A stretch of DNA of 64,000 nucleotides from Patescibacteria group bacterium (lineage in GTDB: Bacteria; Patescibacteriota; Microgenomatia; Levybacterales; UBA12049), in the NCBI GenBank assembly GCA_023484045.1, contig JAMDAA010000035.1, positions 10,966-74,965 on the forward strand, written 5' to 3'. Within the stretch, counting starts at the first letter, position 1, and each line of letters begins with the position of its first letter. Positions 28,628-37,495 of this stretch are shown piece after piece. The notes below the pieces were generated by a model, which saw only the letters and a list, made by a program, of their open reading frames with translations, did not search any database and had not been told where the DNA came from. The position numbers and the translations under genes were made by a program.

Positions 28628-29356
28628 ATGGCAATAGAAGCTAGAGATTTACTTCGAAGACAACTTGAGCAGTTGCCGGAAGATCATCCGGAAAGGGCTT
28701 TCATAAACACCCAGATAGGTGTTTTTGATGCTTATATTGCGGCCAGAAAAGGAGTAGCGTCAGAGCCTTCTGAGTCAAGCGAAAGAGTTGATCTAAATGC
28801 AGAGTGGAAAAGACGAGCGGAAAGGTACATAGAACTTGGTTTTCATAAAGAGCTTGGTCTTTCAAAAAAGGATTATTTGGCATCTTTGCCAAAATTTGAA
28901 CTACAGCCGGAAAGCTTTCGCGGCCGTTTTGATATCCCAATTCTTGTTGAAACGAGAATTAAATCACAACGCCAAGCAGAACTTGCAGGACTCAGTTACT
29001 ACCTGAGTGGTTCAGCAGTTTCTGACTGGGAAGGTGACCCCATGGATTACAAAACTTCCGATGTTCCATATACTGCGTGGATGCAAGATGGAAGAAAAAA
29101 TCTTAAAAGGAGTGTTGACGATGTTCGTAAAGCATTAGAAATAGATGAGCGTGGAGCAACGGAATATGATGGCGTAGCCCTTTGGATTTCAAACCCAAGC
29201 GTGTTAAGAGATCATTATATTGACCTTCCGGGGACGCAGGTTGGGTCTGGGGGTGCGCCCGATTTGGCTCGTGGGCTCGGTGGGCCGCGCTTGGACTACG
29301 GTTGGGCTGGCAATGGCGATCCTAGGTTTGGTTCTGCTTCCTGCGGGAGAGTTTAA
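28628..29356 (+). CDS. CLec-fold-like protein with DGR variable-region-like C-terminus
   Basis: C-terminus ..PDL...PRL..GWAGNGDPRFGSASCG; only 7 A in 29241-29340. Confidence 0.65.
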   Translation: MAIEARDLLRRQLEQLPEDHPERAFINTQIGVFDAYIAARKGVASEPSESSERVDLNAEWKRRAERYIELGFHKELGLSKKDYLASLPKFELQPESFRGRFDIPILVETRIKSQRQAELAGLSYYLSGSAVSDWEGDPMDYKTSDVPYTAWMQDGRKNLKRSVDDVRKALEIDERGATEYDGVALWISNPSVLRDHYIDLPGTQVGSGGAPDLARGLGGPRLDYGWAGNGDPRFGSASCGRV

Positions 29357-29544
29357 TTTTGACCTTTGAATCTTTTCCTTTTTTGTCCTCTTGAATTTTA
29401 TTATCGGATACCCCTTTAAGGCCAGGCCTTTTAAGGCTCTCGTATTCGTATTATTTAGGCTATTTAAAACATGCCAATAGTTATAAATTAATTAGGCATT
29501 TAAGAGAGAGTTTTTTTATGGTAGACTAGGATTAAATTATTAAA

Positions 29545-29991
29545 ATGAAAATATTTTTAGGGACTGATCACGCGGGGTTTGAGTTAAAAGAATACGTTAA
29601 AAACTTTCTTCAAAAAGAGAATTATGAGCTGGTTGATTGTGGGGCGTTAAGTTTTGATAAAGATGATGATTATCCCGATTTTGTGGGTAAAGCTGCTGTA
29701 GGAGTTTCGGAAAATCCTGGTTCGATGGGAATAGTTTTTGGCAAATCAGGAGCGGGTGAGTGTATCGTTGCCAATAAAATAAAAGGAATAAGGGCGTTTT
29801 TGGGGATAAACGAAGAGAATGTAAAACTCGCAAGAGAGCATAACGATGTAAACGTGCTTTCTTTGGGTTCAGCATTTGTAAGTAATGAAAAAGCATGTGA
29901 ATTAATAAAATTATTTATCGAAACACCGTTTTCCAATGAGGAAAGACACAGGCGCAGAATCGAAAAGATCACTGCGATCGAAAACAAATAA
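29545..29991 (+). CDS. rpiB: Ribose-5-phosphate isomerase B
   Basis: GTDHAGFELK, DDYPD, AREHND, ERHRRR. Confidence 0.93.
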   Translation: MKIFLGTDHAGFELKEYVKNFLQKENYELVDCGALSFDKDDDYPDFVGKAAVGVSENPGSMGIVFGKSGAGECIVANKIKGIRAFLGINEENVKLAREHNDVNVLSLGSAFVSNEKACELIKLFIETPFSNEERHRRRIEKITAIENK

Positions 29992-30077
29992 TTGTTACAT
30001 TGTTAAAATTGTTTCATTGTTTAATTCTTAACAATGTAGCAATAAGCGAGTGCAACGAGCGGAACAATGCAACAATA
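29990..30077. repeat. Empty inverted 8-nt-period array (ATTGTT arm / AACAAT arm) with small hairpin insert
   Basis: AATTGTTA CATTGTTAA AATTGTTT CATTGTTT ... AACAATGT AGCAATA[..]AACAATGC AACAATA. Confidence 0.75.
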
Positions 30078-30079
30078 AT

Positions 30080-30739
30080 ATGCAAATAATTCCTGGGATT
30101 TTAGAAAAAACTTGGGAAGAGGTTGAAAAAAAGATCGAAACCGCTAAAACTTTTTCAAAAATTATTCATATCGATATAATCGACGGAAAATTTGCGCCGA
30201 ACACGACTTTTTTAGATCCAGCGCCGTTTAAAAAATATTCAAACGATTTTTTTTTCGAAGTTCAACTAATGGTCGATGAACCGATAAATTATTTAAAACC
30301 TTTTGCCAACTCGGGGTTTAAAAGATTTTTGGGGCAGATCGAAAAAATGTCGAGTCAGGAAGAGTTTATAGCGCAAGGACAACTTTTGGGTGAAGTGGGT
30401 TTGGCGATCGATCTTCCAACCCCGATAGATTCGATAAAAGTTCCGTTCGACGGTCTTGACTGTTTGCTTTTTATGTCGGTAAAAGCGGGATTTTCGGGAC
30501 AAAAATTTTCGGAAAATATTTTGGAAAAAATAAGATCAGCAAGGCAAAAAACCTCGATCCCGATCGAAATCGATGGCGGAGTAAACGAAGAAAATATCAA
30601 ACGCCTTTTAGAATCCGGAGTTAATCGTTTTATCGCGACAAGCGCAATTTTTGGTTCGGATAATCCTTTAAATCAATATCGAAATTTACAAAACTTCCTT
30701 AAAGAGTCGGACTCACAGACGGAGAAGGAGACGGAGTGA
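30080..30739 (+). CDS. rpe: Ribulose-phosphate 3-epimerase
   Basis: IHIDIIDGKFAPN, MSVKAGFSGQKF, IEIDGGV. Confidence 0.9.
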   Translation: MQIIPGILEKTWEEVEKKIETAKTFSKIIHIDIIDGKFAPNTTFLDPAPFKKYSNDFFFEVQLMVDEPINYLKPFANSGFKRFLGQIEKMSSQEEFIAQGQLLGEVGLAIDLPTPIDSIKVPFDGLDCLLFMSVKAGFSGQKFSENILEKIRSARQKTSIPIEIDGGVNEENIKRLLESGVNRFIATSAIFGSDNPLNQYRNLQNFLKESDSQTEKETE

Positions 30740-32933
30740 AGATGCAGTTTACAGAATTTTCGGTTCCTTTTATAAAATATTCAATTCTCCCAAGACACGG
30801 TTTTTGAATAACATCAAAAGGCATTTTATATTTTTCATCGGGCTTATTTTTTAGGACCTCGGTCATGATTTTGTTCCAAATCGGTGCGGCACCCGTTATT
30901 CCCGATGCTAAACTTTGACTCATTGGGCTATTGTCGTTATTTCCAACCCAGACAGCAACAACATAAGAAGGTGTATAGCCGATTGTCCAATTATCTCTTT
31001 TGTTATCGGATGTTCCGGTTTTAACCGACACAGTCTTGCCAGAAATATTAAGAGGGGAATTTGTGCCGAATTCTAAGGCTCGAGCTTGATTATCTGAAAG
31101 TATGCTCGAAATAATAAAAGTAATGCCTTCATCTAAAACAGTTTTTCCATGGATTTCTTTTTTTTCTTCTAAGATGTTACCTTTATAATCGGTTATTTTT
31201 AAAATCGGGTTTAAATCGACTCTTCTGCCCTGATTCGCGATGGTTCCGTAAACGGTCGCCATATCGAGCATCGTGACATCCGCACCGCCGAGCGTTATCG
31301 ATAAACCGTATTTTTTCGAATCATCCCACGATTTTATTCCCATTTTCTTTCCCAAGTTTACGATCGCTTGGACCCCGACTTGATTTACAATTTTTACAGC
31401 AGGAATATTAAAAGAATTTGCAAATGCGATCCGAAGCGGAATATTCCCATGGAATTTACCGTCATAATTAACAGGTGAATAAACAGTTGCAGAACCGGTT
31501 GCAACAAACGTGATCGGAGAATCATTTAGAATTGTTGCAGGAGTTAGTCCGCGGGAAAGTGCTGCGGAGTACGTGACGACTTTTATCGAAGATCCGGGTT
31601 GGCGAAGAGAAAGTGTCACGTTTACATTTCCATCATTTTTTGTGTCAAAATAGTCTTTACTTCCGACCATCGCTAAAATATCTCCATTTTTCGGATCAGT
31701 TACGACACTCGCGCCGTTTGTAAGATTTAAGTAAGTATTATTTTGCACCTCATCTGCGACAATTTTTTCGGCATCTTCCTGAAGTTTTAAATCGATGCTT
31801 GTTATAATATTTAATCCGCCTTTTTCGACCATTCCGAGGCCATATTTTTTTACCAAAAAATCTTTCACATACATCACAAAATGCGGAGCGAATATTGGCG
31901 TTTGGGGAGTTTGAAAAGCTAGCTCTTCATTTTTTGCATTGTCGTGATCTTCCTTTGAAATATAATCCAAGGAAAGCATTTTGTCTAAAACTTCGATTTG
32001 TCTCCTTTTCCAAAGATTAGGTGTTGTGCCAAACGGAGAATAGATCGTCGGTGCTTTTGGGATTCCGGCCAAAAATGCAGATTCAGCAAGGTCTAAATCT
32101 TTGACGTTTTTTCCGAAATATATTTCGGAAGCCGCCTCTGCGCCCCAGGCAGTTCCCCCGTAAGGAACCTGATTAAAGTACATCTCGAGAATTTGGTTTT
32201 TGGTATAAATTCTTTCGGACCAGAAGGCAAGGATTATTTCTTTTATTTTTCTTTCGATCGTAGTTTCGGGACTTAAAAGCGCAGACTTAATAAGTTGTTG
32301 GGTGATCGTTGATCCGCCCTGCAACCCGTCTCCCGACGCATTTTTAATCGCTGATCTTATGATCGCGTTTACGTCAAATCCCGGGTGATCGTAAAAATCT
32401 TTGTCTTCGATCGCGATCGTCGCCTGCTGTAATTTTATCGGAATATCAGAAAGCGGGACCATGGTCCTGTTTTGATTTGCGTAAATTTGATATAAGAGCG
32501 TATGGTTTCGATCATAAATTTTTGTTGTTTGCGAGATGTCCCTTAAAGACAGCATTCTCGGATTCGGAAGGTTATCGATAAAAATAAATATAAGAATCGG
32601 GATAAAGATAAAAACACAGGAAAAAATAATGCCCCAAATAAAATATTTAAATTTTGTTAAAAACGGGAGAGGGAATATAACTATCGGCTTTGTTTTCTTA
32701 CTTTTTTTTATCCTATTTTTAATTTTTTCGTAGAATTGTTTTTTGGTTTTATTATTAGATCGAGAAAACCTCAACCTTCTTAAATCAAAGATTTCAAAAG
32801 TAATCTTAAAAAGATTAACTATAGGTTTAAATAAATTTTTGACAACAGATTTAATTGATTTAAACAATAAGATTACAAAATCACCAATTTTAATCAGAAT
32901 CTGCGCGATAAAAAAAGCAATATTCCCGATCAT
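30699..32933 (-). CDS. Class A penicillin-binding protein
   Basis: EDKDFYDH, GGSTITQQL, RQPGSSIK, KTGT. Confidence 0.95.
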   Translation of the reverse strand: MIGNIAFFIAQILIKIGDFVILLFKSIKSVVKNLFKPIVNLFKITFEIFDLRRLRFSRSNNKTKKQFYEKIKNRIKKSKKTKPIVIFPLPFLTKFKYFIWGIIFSCVFIFIPILIFIFIDNLPNPRMLSLRDISQTTKIYDRNHTLLYQIYANQNRTMVPLSDIPIKLQQATIAIEDKDFYDHPGFDVNAIIRSAIKNASGDGLQGGSTITQQLIKSALLSPETTIERKIKEIILAFWSERIYTKNQILEMYFNQVPYGGTAWGAEAASEIYFGKNVKDLDLAESAFLAGIPKAPTIYSPFGTTPNLWKRRQIEVLDKMLSLDYISKEDHDNAKNEELAFQTPQTPIFAPHFVMYVKDFLVKKYGLGMVEKGGLNIITSIDLKLQEDAEKIVADEVQNNTYLNLTNGASVVTDPKNGDILAMVGSKDYFDTKNDGNVNVTLSLRQPGSSIKVVTYSAALSRGLTPATILNDSPITFVATGSATVYSPVNYDGKFHGNIPLRIAFANSFNIPAVKIVNQVGVQAIVNLGKKMGIKSWDDSKKYGLSITLGGADVTMLDMATVYGTIANQGRRVDLNPILKITDYKGNILEEKKEIHGKTVLDEGITFIISSILSDNQARALEFGTNSPLNISGKTVSVKTGTSDNKRDNWTIGYTPSYVVAVWVGNNDNSPMSQSLASGITGAAPIWNKIMTEVLKNKPDEKYKMPFDVIQKPCLGRIEYFIKGTENSVNCIFTPSPSPSVSPTL

Positions 32934-34174
32934 AAAATTTAAAATCTTATAGGATTTTTTTAAAGAGCAGTCACCAGGATTATACTATAGGGACAATCAA
33001 AATTAAAAGAGGTAAAATTTTACGGTTTTGGCGGTTCTGTTGGATGAGGGCAAGTCAAACAATAAAAGTCTCCGTTTGGGTCTTTGACGACAACTTCGTC
33101 CCGCATTTCGGCATTATCTGTTTGACCTTGTTTTACCAAATCATTCGTAGATTTATCGATCCAAACTTTTTGCTGTCCAGGATCGACTGTTTTAGGTTCA
33201 GTACCCTTTATAAAATATTCAAATCTTGTTGGGCATCGATTCGGTGTTCCGTCGGATGGCGGAATGAACCCCGACGTTGAACAAACGGCTTTTTGAATAA
33301 CGTCTTCTGGCTTCTGGGGAGATTCGATCGTTTTATCCTTAAGTAAATTTGCCATTATTTTATGCCAGATCGGCGCAGCACCTGTTATACCCGAAACCAG
33401 GCCTGTCATTTGACTATTATTGTTGTTCCCGACCCAAACAGCAGCCAATAAAGATTTTGTATATCCTATAGTCCAATTATCGCGGTAATCATTTGTTGTT
33501 CCGGTTTTAACCGACACTGTTTGATTGTCGATTTTTAGTTCAGAATTTGATCCAAATGCCATTTCTCTTGCGCCATTATCAGATAAAATATTCGAGATGA
33601 TAAAAGCGACAGAAGACGGAATGACTTTTTTTCCAAAAATCGGGCTCGAAGGTGGTTTATATTCTTCGATAATTTTTCCCTTCGCGTCGGTCAATTTTAA
33701 AATCGGATGGAGATCAATTCTGTATCCATTATTAGCGAAAACACCATAGGCGGTTGCCATCTGTAACATTGTTACTTCACCACCGCCGAGAGTGAGCGAT
33801 AGGCCATAACGATTTGGGTCTTTGAAAGTTGTGATTCCCATTGCAGAGGCAGTTGCGATCATCGGTTCGACTCCGTTTAGTTTTAACATTTTGACCGCTG
33901 GGATGTTTATCGAATTTCCCAAAGCATATCTCATTTGAATAACGCCGTGCCATTTTCCGTCATAATTTACGGGACAATATTCTTCATGGCCGGGATTTGG
34001 GAAACACGTCTCTTGATCGATAAATGGCGTGGCGGCGTTATATCCTTTAATAAGACCAACGGCGTAATTAATCGGTTTGATCGAAGATCCGGGTTGGCGA
34101 AGAGAAAGTGTCACGTTTACATTTCCATCATTTTTTGTGTCAAAATAGTCTTTACTTCCGACCATCGCTAAAAT
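31585..34174. repeat. 95-bp identical tract shared by the two PBP genes (31585-31679 = 34080-34174)
   Basis: Base-by-base comparison by eye. Confidence 0.88.
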
Positions 34175-35173
34175 TTCTCCCGTACCAGGATCAGTTACGA
34201 GACCTGCGGCGTTTGAGACGTTATATCCTTTAAGTTTTGCAACCTCGGTAGCGATAACGTCTTGCACGAATTCTTGAGTCGGTAGATCAAGGGAAGTTAT
34301 TACCTTAAGTCCTCCTTGCTCGACTAAATGCTCGCCATATTTTTCTTCCAAAAGCCCCTTGACATATAGCACAAAATGCGGGGCTTTTATAGTGCTCGAG
34401 ACTTTTTGAAAATGGAGTTCTTCTTTTATGGCTTTCTCTGTCTGGCCTTTGTTTGTGTATTCTTGTTGTTCCATTTTTCGTAAAACCTCAACTTGCCTTT
34501 GTTTAGCGAGCTCCGGATGGGAGCCAAACGGGGAAAGCGTAGTCGGCGATTCGGGAAGTCCAGCGATTAATGCAGCTTCAGCGAGGGTTAGATCTTTTGC
34601 GTGTTTTCCAAAATATGTCTGAGCTGCTGCTTCAACTCCGTAGGCTGTTCCGCCATAGGGTGCCTGATTTAAGTACATCTCGAGAATCTGATTTTTAGAA
34701 TATAAAGATTCGGTTGCGAAAGAAAGGATAACTTCTTTGATTTTTCGTGTTATCGTTCTTTCTGGTGTAAGAAGACTATTTTTTACGAGTTGTTGGGTGA
34801 TCGTTGATCCGCCCTGCAATTCTTTATGGAATACGATCGAATACAGAGCGCGGGTGATTCCCCGAAGATCGATCGCGCCGTGTCGATAAAAATCTTTGTC
34901 TTCGATCGCGATCGTCGCATTTTGCAAATTAACCGGAATTTCTTTAAGTGGAATAAAAGTTTGGTTTTTTTGGGCGTAAATCGTATATAAAAGATTGCCG
35001 TTCCGATCGAATATTTGACTCGATTGGGGAATTGCTGAGCTACTGAGTTTTGTCGGGAGTGGCATGTCCCTTAAGATAAAAAAATAAAATAATCCGGATA
35101 AAATAGCGATTATCAGAAAGATTATCCAAAATTTGCGAACAAACTTGTAAAGCGATTTTGGGTTTTTTTTCAT
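33020..35173 (-). CDS. Class A penicillin-binding protein
   Basis: Same glycosyltransferase and transpeptidase motifs as the neighbour. Confidence 0.95.
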   Translation of the reverse strand: MKKNPKSLYKFVRKFWIIFLIIAILSGLFYFFILRDMPLPTKLSSSAIPQSSQIFDRNGNLLYTIYAQKNQTFIPLKEIPVNLQNATIAIEDKDFYRHGAIDLRGITRALYSIVFHKELQGGSTITQQLVKNSLLTPERTITRKIKEVILSFATESLYSKNQILEMYLNQAPYGGTAYGVEAAAQTYFGKHAKDLTLAEAALIAGLPESPTTLSPFGSHPELAKQRQVEVLRKMEQQEYTNKGQTEKAIKEELHFQKVSSTIKAPHFVLYVKGLLEEKYGEHLVEQGGLKVITSLDLPTQEFVQDVIATEVAKLKGYNVSNAAGLVTDPGTGEILAMVGSKDYFDTKNDGNVNVTLSLRQPGSSIKPINYAVGLIKGYNAATPFIDQETCFPNPGHEEYCPVNYDGKWHGVIQMRYALGNSINIPAVKMLKLNGVEPMIATASAMGITTFKDPNRYGLSLTLGGGEVTMLQMATAYGVFANNGYRIDLHPILKLTDAKGKIIEEYKPPSSPIFGKKVIPSSVAFIISNILSDNGAREMAFGSNSELKIDNQTVSVKTGTTNDYRDNWTIGYTKSLLAAVWVGNNNNSQMTGLVSGITGAAPIWHKIMANLLKDKTIESPQKPEDVIQKAVCSTSGFIPPSDGTPNRCPTRFEYFIKGTEPKTVDPGQQKVWIDKSTNDLVKQGQTDNAEMRDEVVVKDPNGDFYCLTCPHPTEPPKP

Positions 35174-35242
35174 CTCTATATGATATCATTTGAAGCTCGT
35201 CCTGACAAATCAGTTTTGTATAGTTTATAATTAACTTTGTTT

Positions 35243-36268
35243 ATGTTTACGCCTTACTTACCGACAATAAATAATATTTTCAATGCCGTTTCGGTTCCCA
35301 GTATCGGTCTAAATTTTTTCGATATCATCATCTTGATCATTTTTATTTTTTACGCGATCGAAGGGTATTCTATCGGTTTTTTTTCTTCGCTTTTTGATCT
35401 TACGAGTTTTATTTTATCTTTTGTTTTAGCGCTAAAATTTTATTCTTTGATCGGAAAATTACTCGTCAATTTTTTTCACATCCCCCAGGGCTTTGCGGAC
35501 GCAGGCGGATTTTTTATTGTTTTTATCTTTTTAGATATCATTGTCAATATAATTCTCAAGAAAAAAATATTAAACAGATTTCCGGTCAAGCTTATTCATA
35601 ATAAGGCAAGTCATATTTTAGGTGTTATTCCGGCGATATTTTCGGCCGGGATTCTTGTTTCTTTCATTTTAACTTTGATAATTTCGTTGCCGTTTTCGGC
35701 TTTTCTCAAAGAATCAGTTTCCTCTTCGAAAATCGGAAATCTTCTTGTTCTAAACACGGCGGGTTTTGAAAAAAAACTTAACGAAGTTTTCGGGGGCGCG
35801 GTTAGCGAAACTTTAAACTTTCTAACGATCGAACCCGAAAGCAACGAATCGGTTAGCCTTAATTTTAAAATAAAAAATTTTAAGGTCGACAAAACTTCAG
35901 AAAAACAGATGCTAGCATTGATAAATAAAGAAAGAACAAATAGGGGTCTTAACCAATTGATTTTTGACGACAATATTGCAGAAGTCGCAAGAGCGCACGC
36001 GGAAGACATGTTTAAAAAGGGATATTTTTCGCATTACAGTCAAAATGGCGCTTCACCTTTCGATCGACTATCAAACGCCAATATTGATTTTACTTACGCT
36101 GGCGAAAACCTGGCGCTCGCTCCGAGTACGGAATTCGCGATGCAGGGTTTAATGAACAGCAAGAGCCACAAAGATAACATTTTATCTCCGAATTTTAATA
36201 AAATAGGAATTGGGACCATAGACGGAGGAATTTACGGAAAAATGTTCGTTCAGGAATTTACTAATTAA
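35243..36268 (+). CDS. CvpA-family membrane domain + CAP/SCP domain protein
   Basis: N-terminal TM helices; ARAHAEDM..GYFSH, GENLA, MNSKSHKDNIL. Confidence 0.88.
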   Translation: MFTPYLPTINNIFNAVSVPSIGLNFFDIIILIIFIFYAIEGYSIGFFSSLFDLTSFILSFVLALKFYSLIGKLLVNFFHIPQGFADAGGFFIVFIFLDIIVNIILKKKILNRFPVKLIHNKASHILGVIPAIFSAGILVSFILTLIISLPFSAFLKESVSSSKIGNLLVLNTAGFEKKLNEVFGGAVSETLNFLTIEPESNESVSLNFKIKNFKVDKTSEKQMLALINKERTNRGLNQLIFDDNIAEVARAHAEDMFKKGYFSHYSQNGASPFDRLSNANIDFTYAGENLALAPSTEFAMQGLMNSKSHKDNILSPNFNKIGIGTIDGGIYGKMFVQEFTN

Positions 36269-36277
36269 AAAATCGAC

Positions 36278-36343
36278 GATTGTTAAATTGTTTTCATTGT
36301 TCAATTGTTAACAATAGTAGCAATAAAACAATAATGGCAATGT
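36278..36343. repeat. Empty inverted 8-nt-period array
   Basis: GATTGTTA AATTGTTTT CATTGTTC AATTGTT | AACAATAGT AGCAATAA AACAATAAT GGCAATGT. Confidence 0.75.
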
Positions 36344-36364
36344 CTTAGTTATTTAGATAAATAT

Positions 36365-37495
36365 ATGAGTTACCTCTTGCCTCTTATAAAAAATGCTGAT
36401 GTTAAAGGTAAAACTGTTCTTCTTCGATTAGATTTGGATGTTCCGATCGTACAACTCAAAATTCAAAATTCAAAATCAGAAATTAAAATAGAGGACAAAG
36501 AGCGCCTGGAATCGGGATTAGCGACGATTAGGTATTTAACTAAACACGGGGCGGAAATAATTATTGCTGGACATTTGGGTCGTCCAGAAGGAAAGGATGA
36601 AAATTTCTCCCTACGACCCGTAGCAAAGTGGTTTGCGAGAAAAGTAGGATATAGTCAAATTCATCCTCGTAAATTTGGAATTTTTAACGGTTGGCGTCTT
36701 ACAGAAAGAATTTCGATTCTTGAGAATCTGAGGTTTTTTAAAGGAGAGGAGAGAGACGATAAACAGTTTTCAAAAGAATTGGCATCTCTTGCAGATGTTT
36801 ATATCAACGATGCGTTTGCAGTGAGTCATCGGACTCACGCTTCGATCGTCGGAGTTCCAGCGATTTTGCCCCATTTTGCGGGAATTCATTTTGCAGAAGA
36901 AGTAGAAATTTTAGGAAATGTATTAAAGCGCCCAAAAAGGCCGCTTATTGTAATAATCGGAGGAGCAAAACTCGAAACAAAACTACCACTCGTCGAAAAA
37001 ATGCACCGTTTTGCCGATTACGTCCTGATCGGAGGAAAGATCGCACGGGAAACACGAGTTTTGTTAAAGGTGGCCCATGAAAAAATTTATCCTCAAGCTG
37101 GCAGGAAAAGATCGGTTCTTTTGATCGCTGATTCAAATTTTAACGGTACTGACATTTCCGAAAAGAGTGTTGAAAATTTTTGCCAGATAGTAGTTTTAGC
37201 AAAAACGATTATTTGGAATGGACCGATGGGAATTATCAAGAATTCAGAATTCTCGCCTCGCGGCGAAGCGGGCAGAATTCAGAATTCAGAAGATACGGAA
37301 AAAGGGACGAGGAAATTGGCAAAAGCGATTACAGAGAGCAAAGCATATTCGATCGTCGGCGGCGGAGATACATTAGCTTATCTTAAAAAAATTGATCTAC
37401 TAAATAAATTCGACTTTTGTTCGATGGGCGGGGGAGCGATGCTTTCATTTTTAGCCGGCGAAAAAATGCCGGGGATTGAGGTACTCGAAAAATAA
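36365..37495 (+). CDS. pgk: Phosphoglycerate kinase with heptamer/REP insertions (36451-36490, 37238-37290)
   Basis: LRLDLDVP, HLGRP, LENLRF, WNGPMG, GGGDT. Confidence 0.93.
   Translation: MSYLLPLIKNADVKGKTVLLRLDLDVPIVQLKIQNSKSEIKIEDKERLESGLATIRYLTKHGAEIIIAGHLGRPEGKDENFSLRPVAKWFARKVGYSQIHPRKFGIFNGWRLTERISILENLRFFKGEERDDKQFSKELASLADVYINDAFAVSHRTHASIVGVPAILPHFAGIHFAEEVEILGNVLKRPKRPLIVIIGGAKLETKLPLVEKMHRFADYVLIGGKIARETRVLLKVAHEKIYPQAGRKRSVLLIADSNFNGTDISEKSVENFCQIVVLAKTIIWNGPMGIIKNSEFSPRGEAGRIQNSEDTEKGTRKLAKAITESKAYSIVGGGDTLAYLKKIDLLNKFDFCSMGGGAMLSFLAGEKMPGIEVLEK

Noticed and set aside
2609..29356. Complete DGR (four-helix bundles as Avd plus the 28628 target)
   Set aside because: No reverse transcriptase or template repeat is visible. 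The three proteins carry 23S-IVP-type motifs and are 20 kb from the target.
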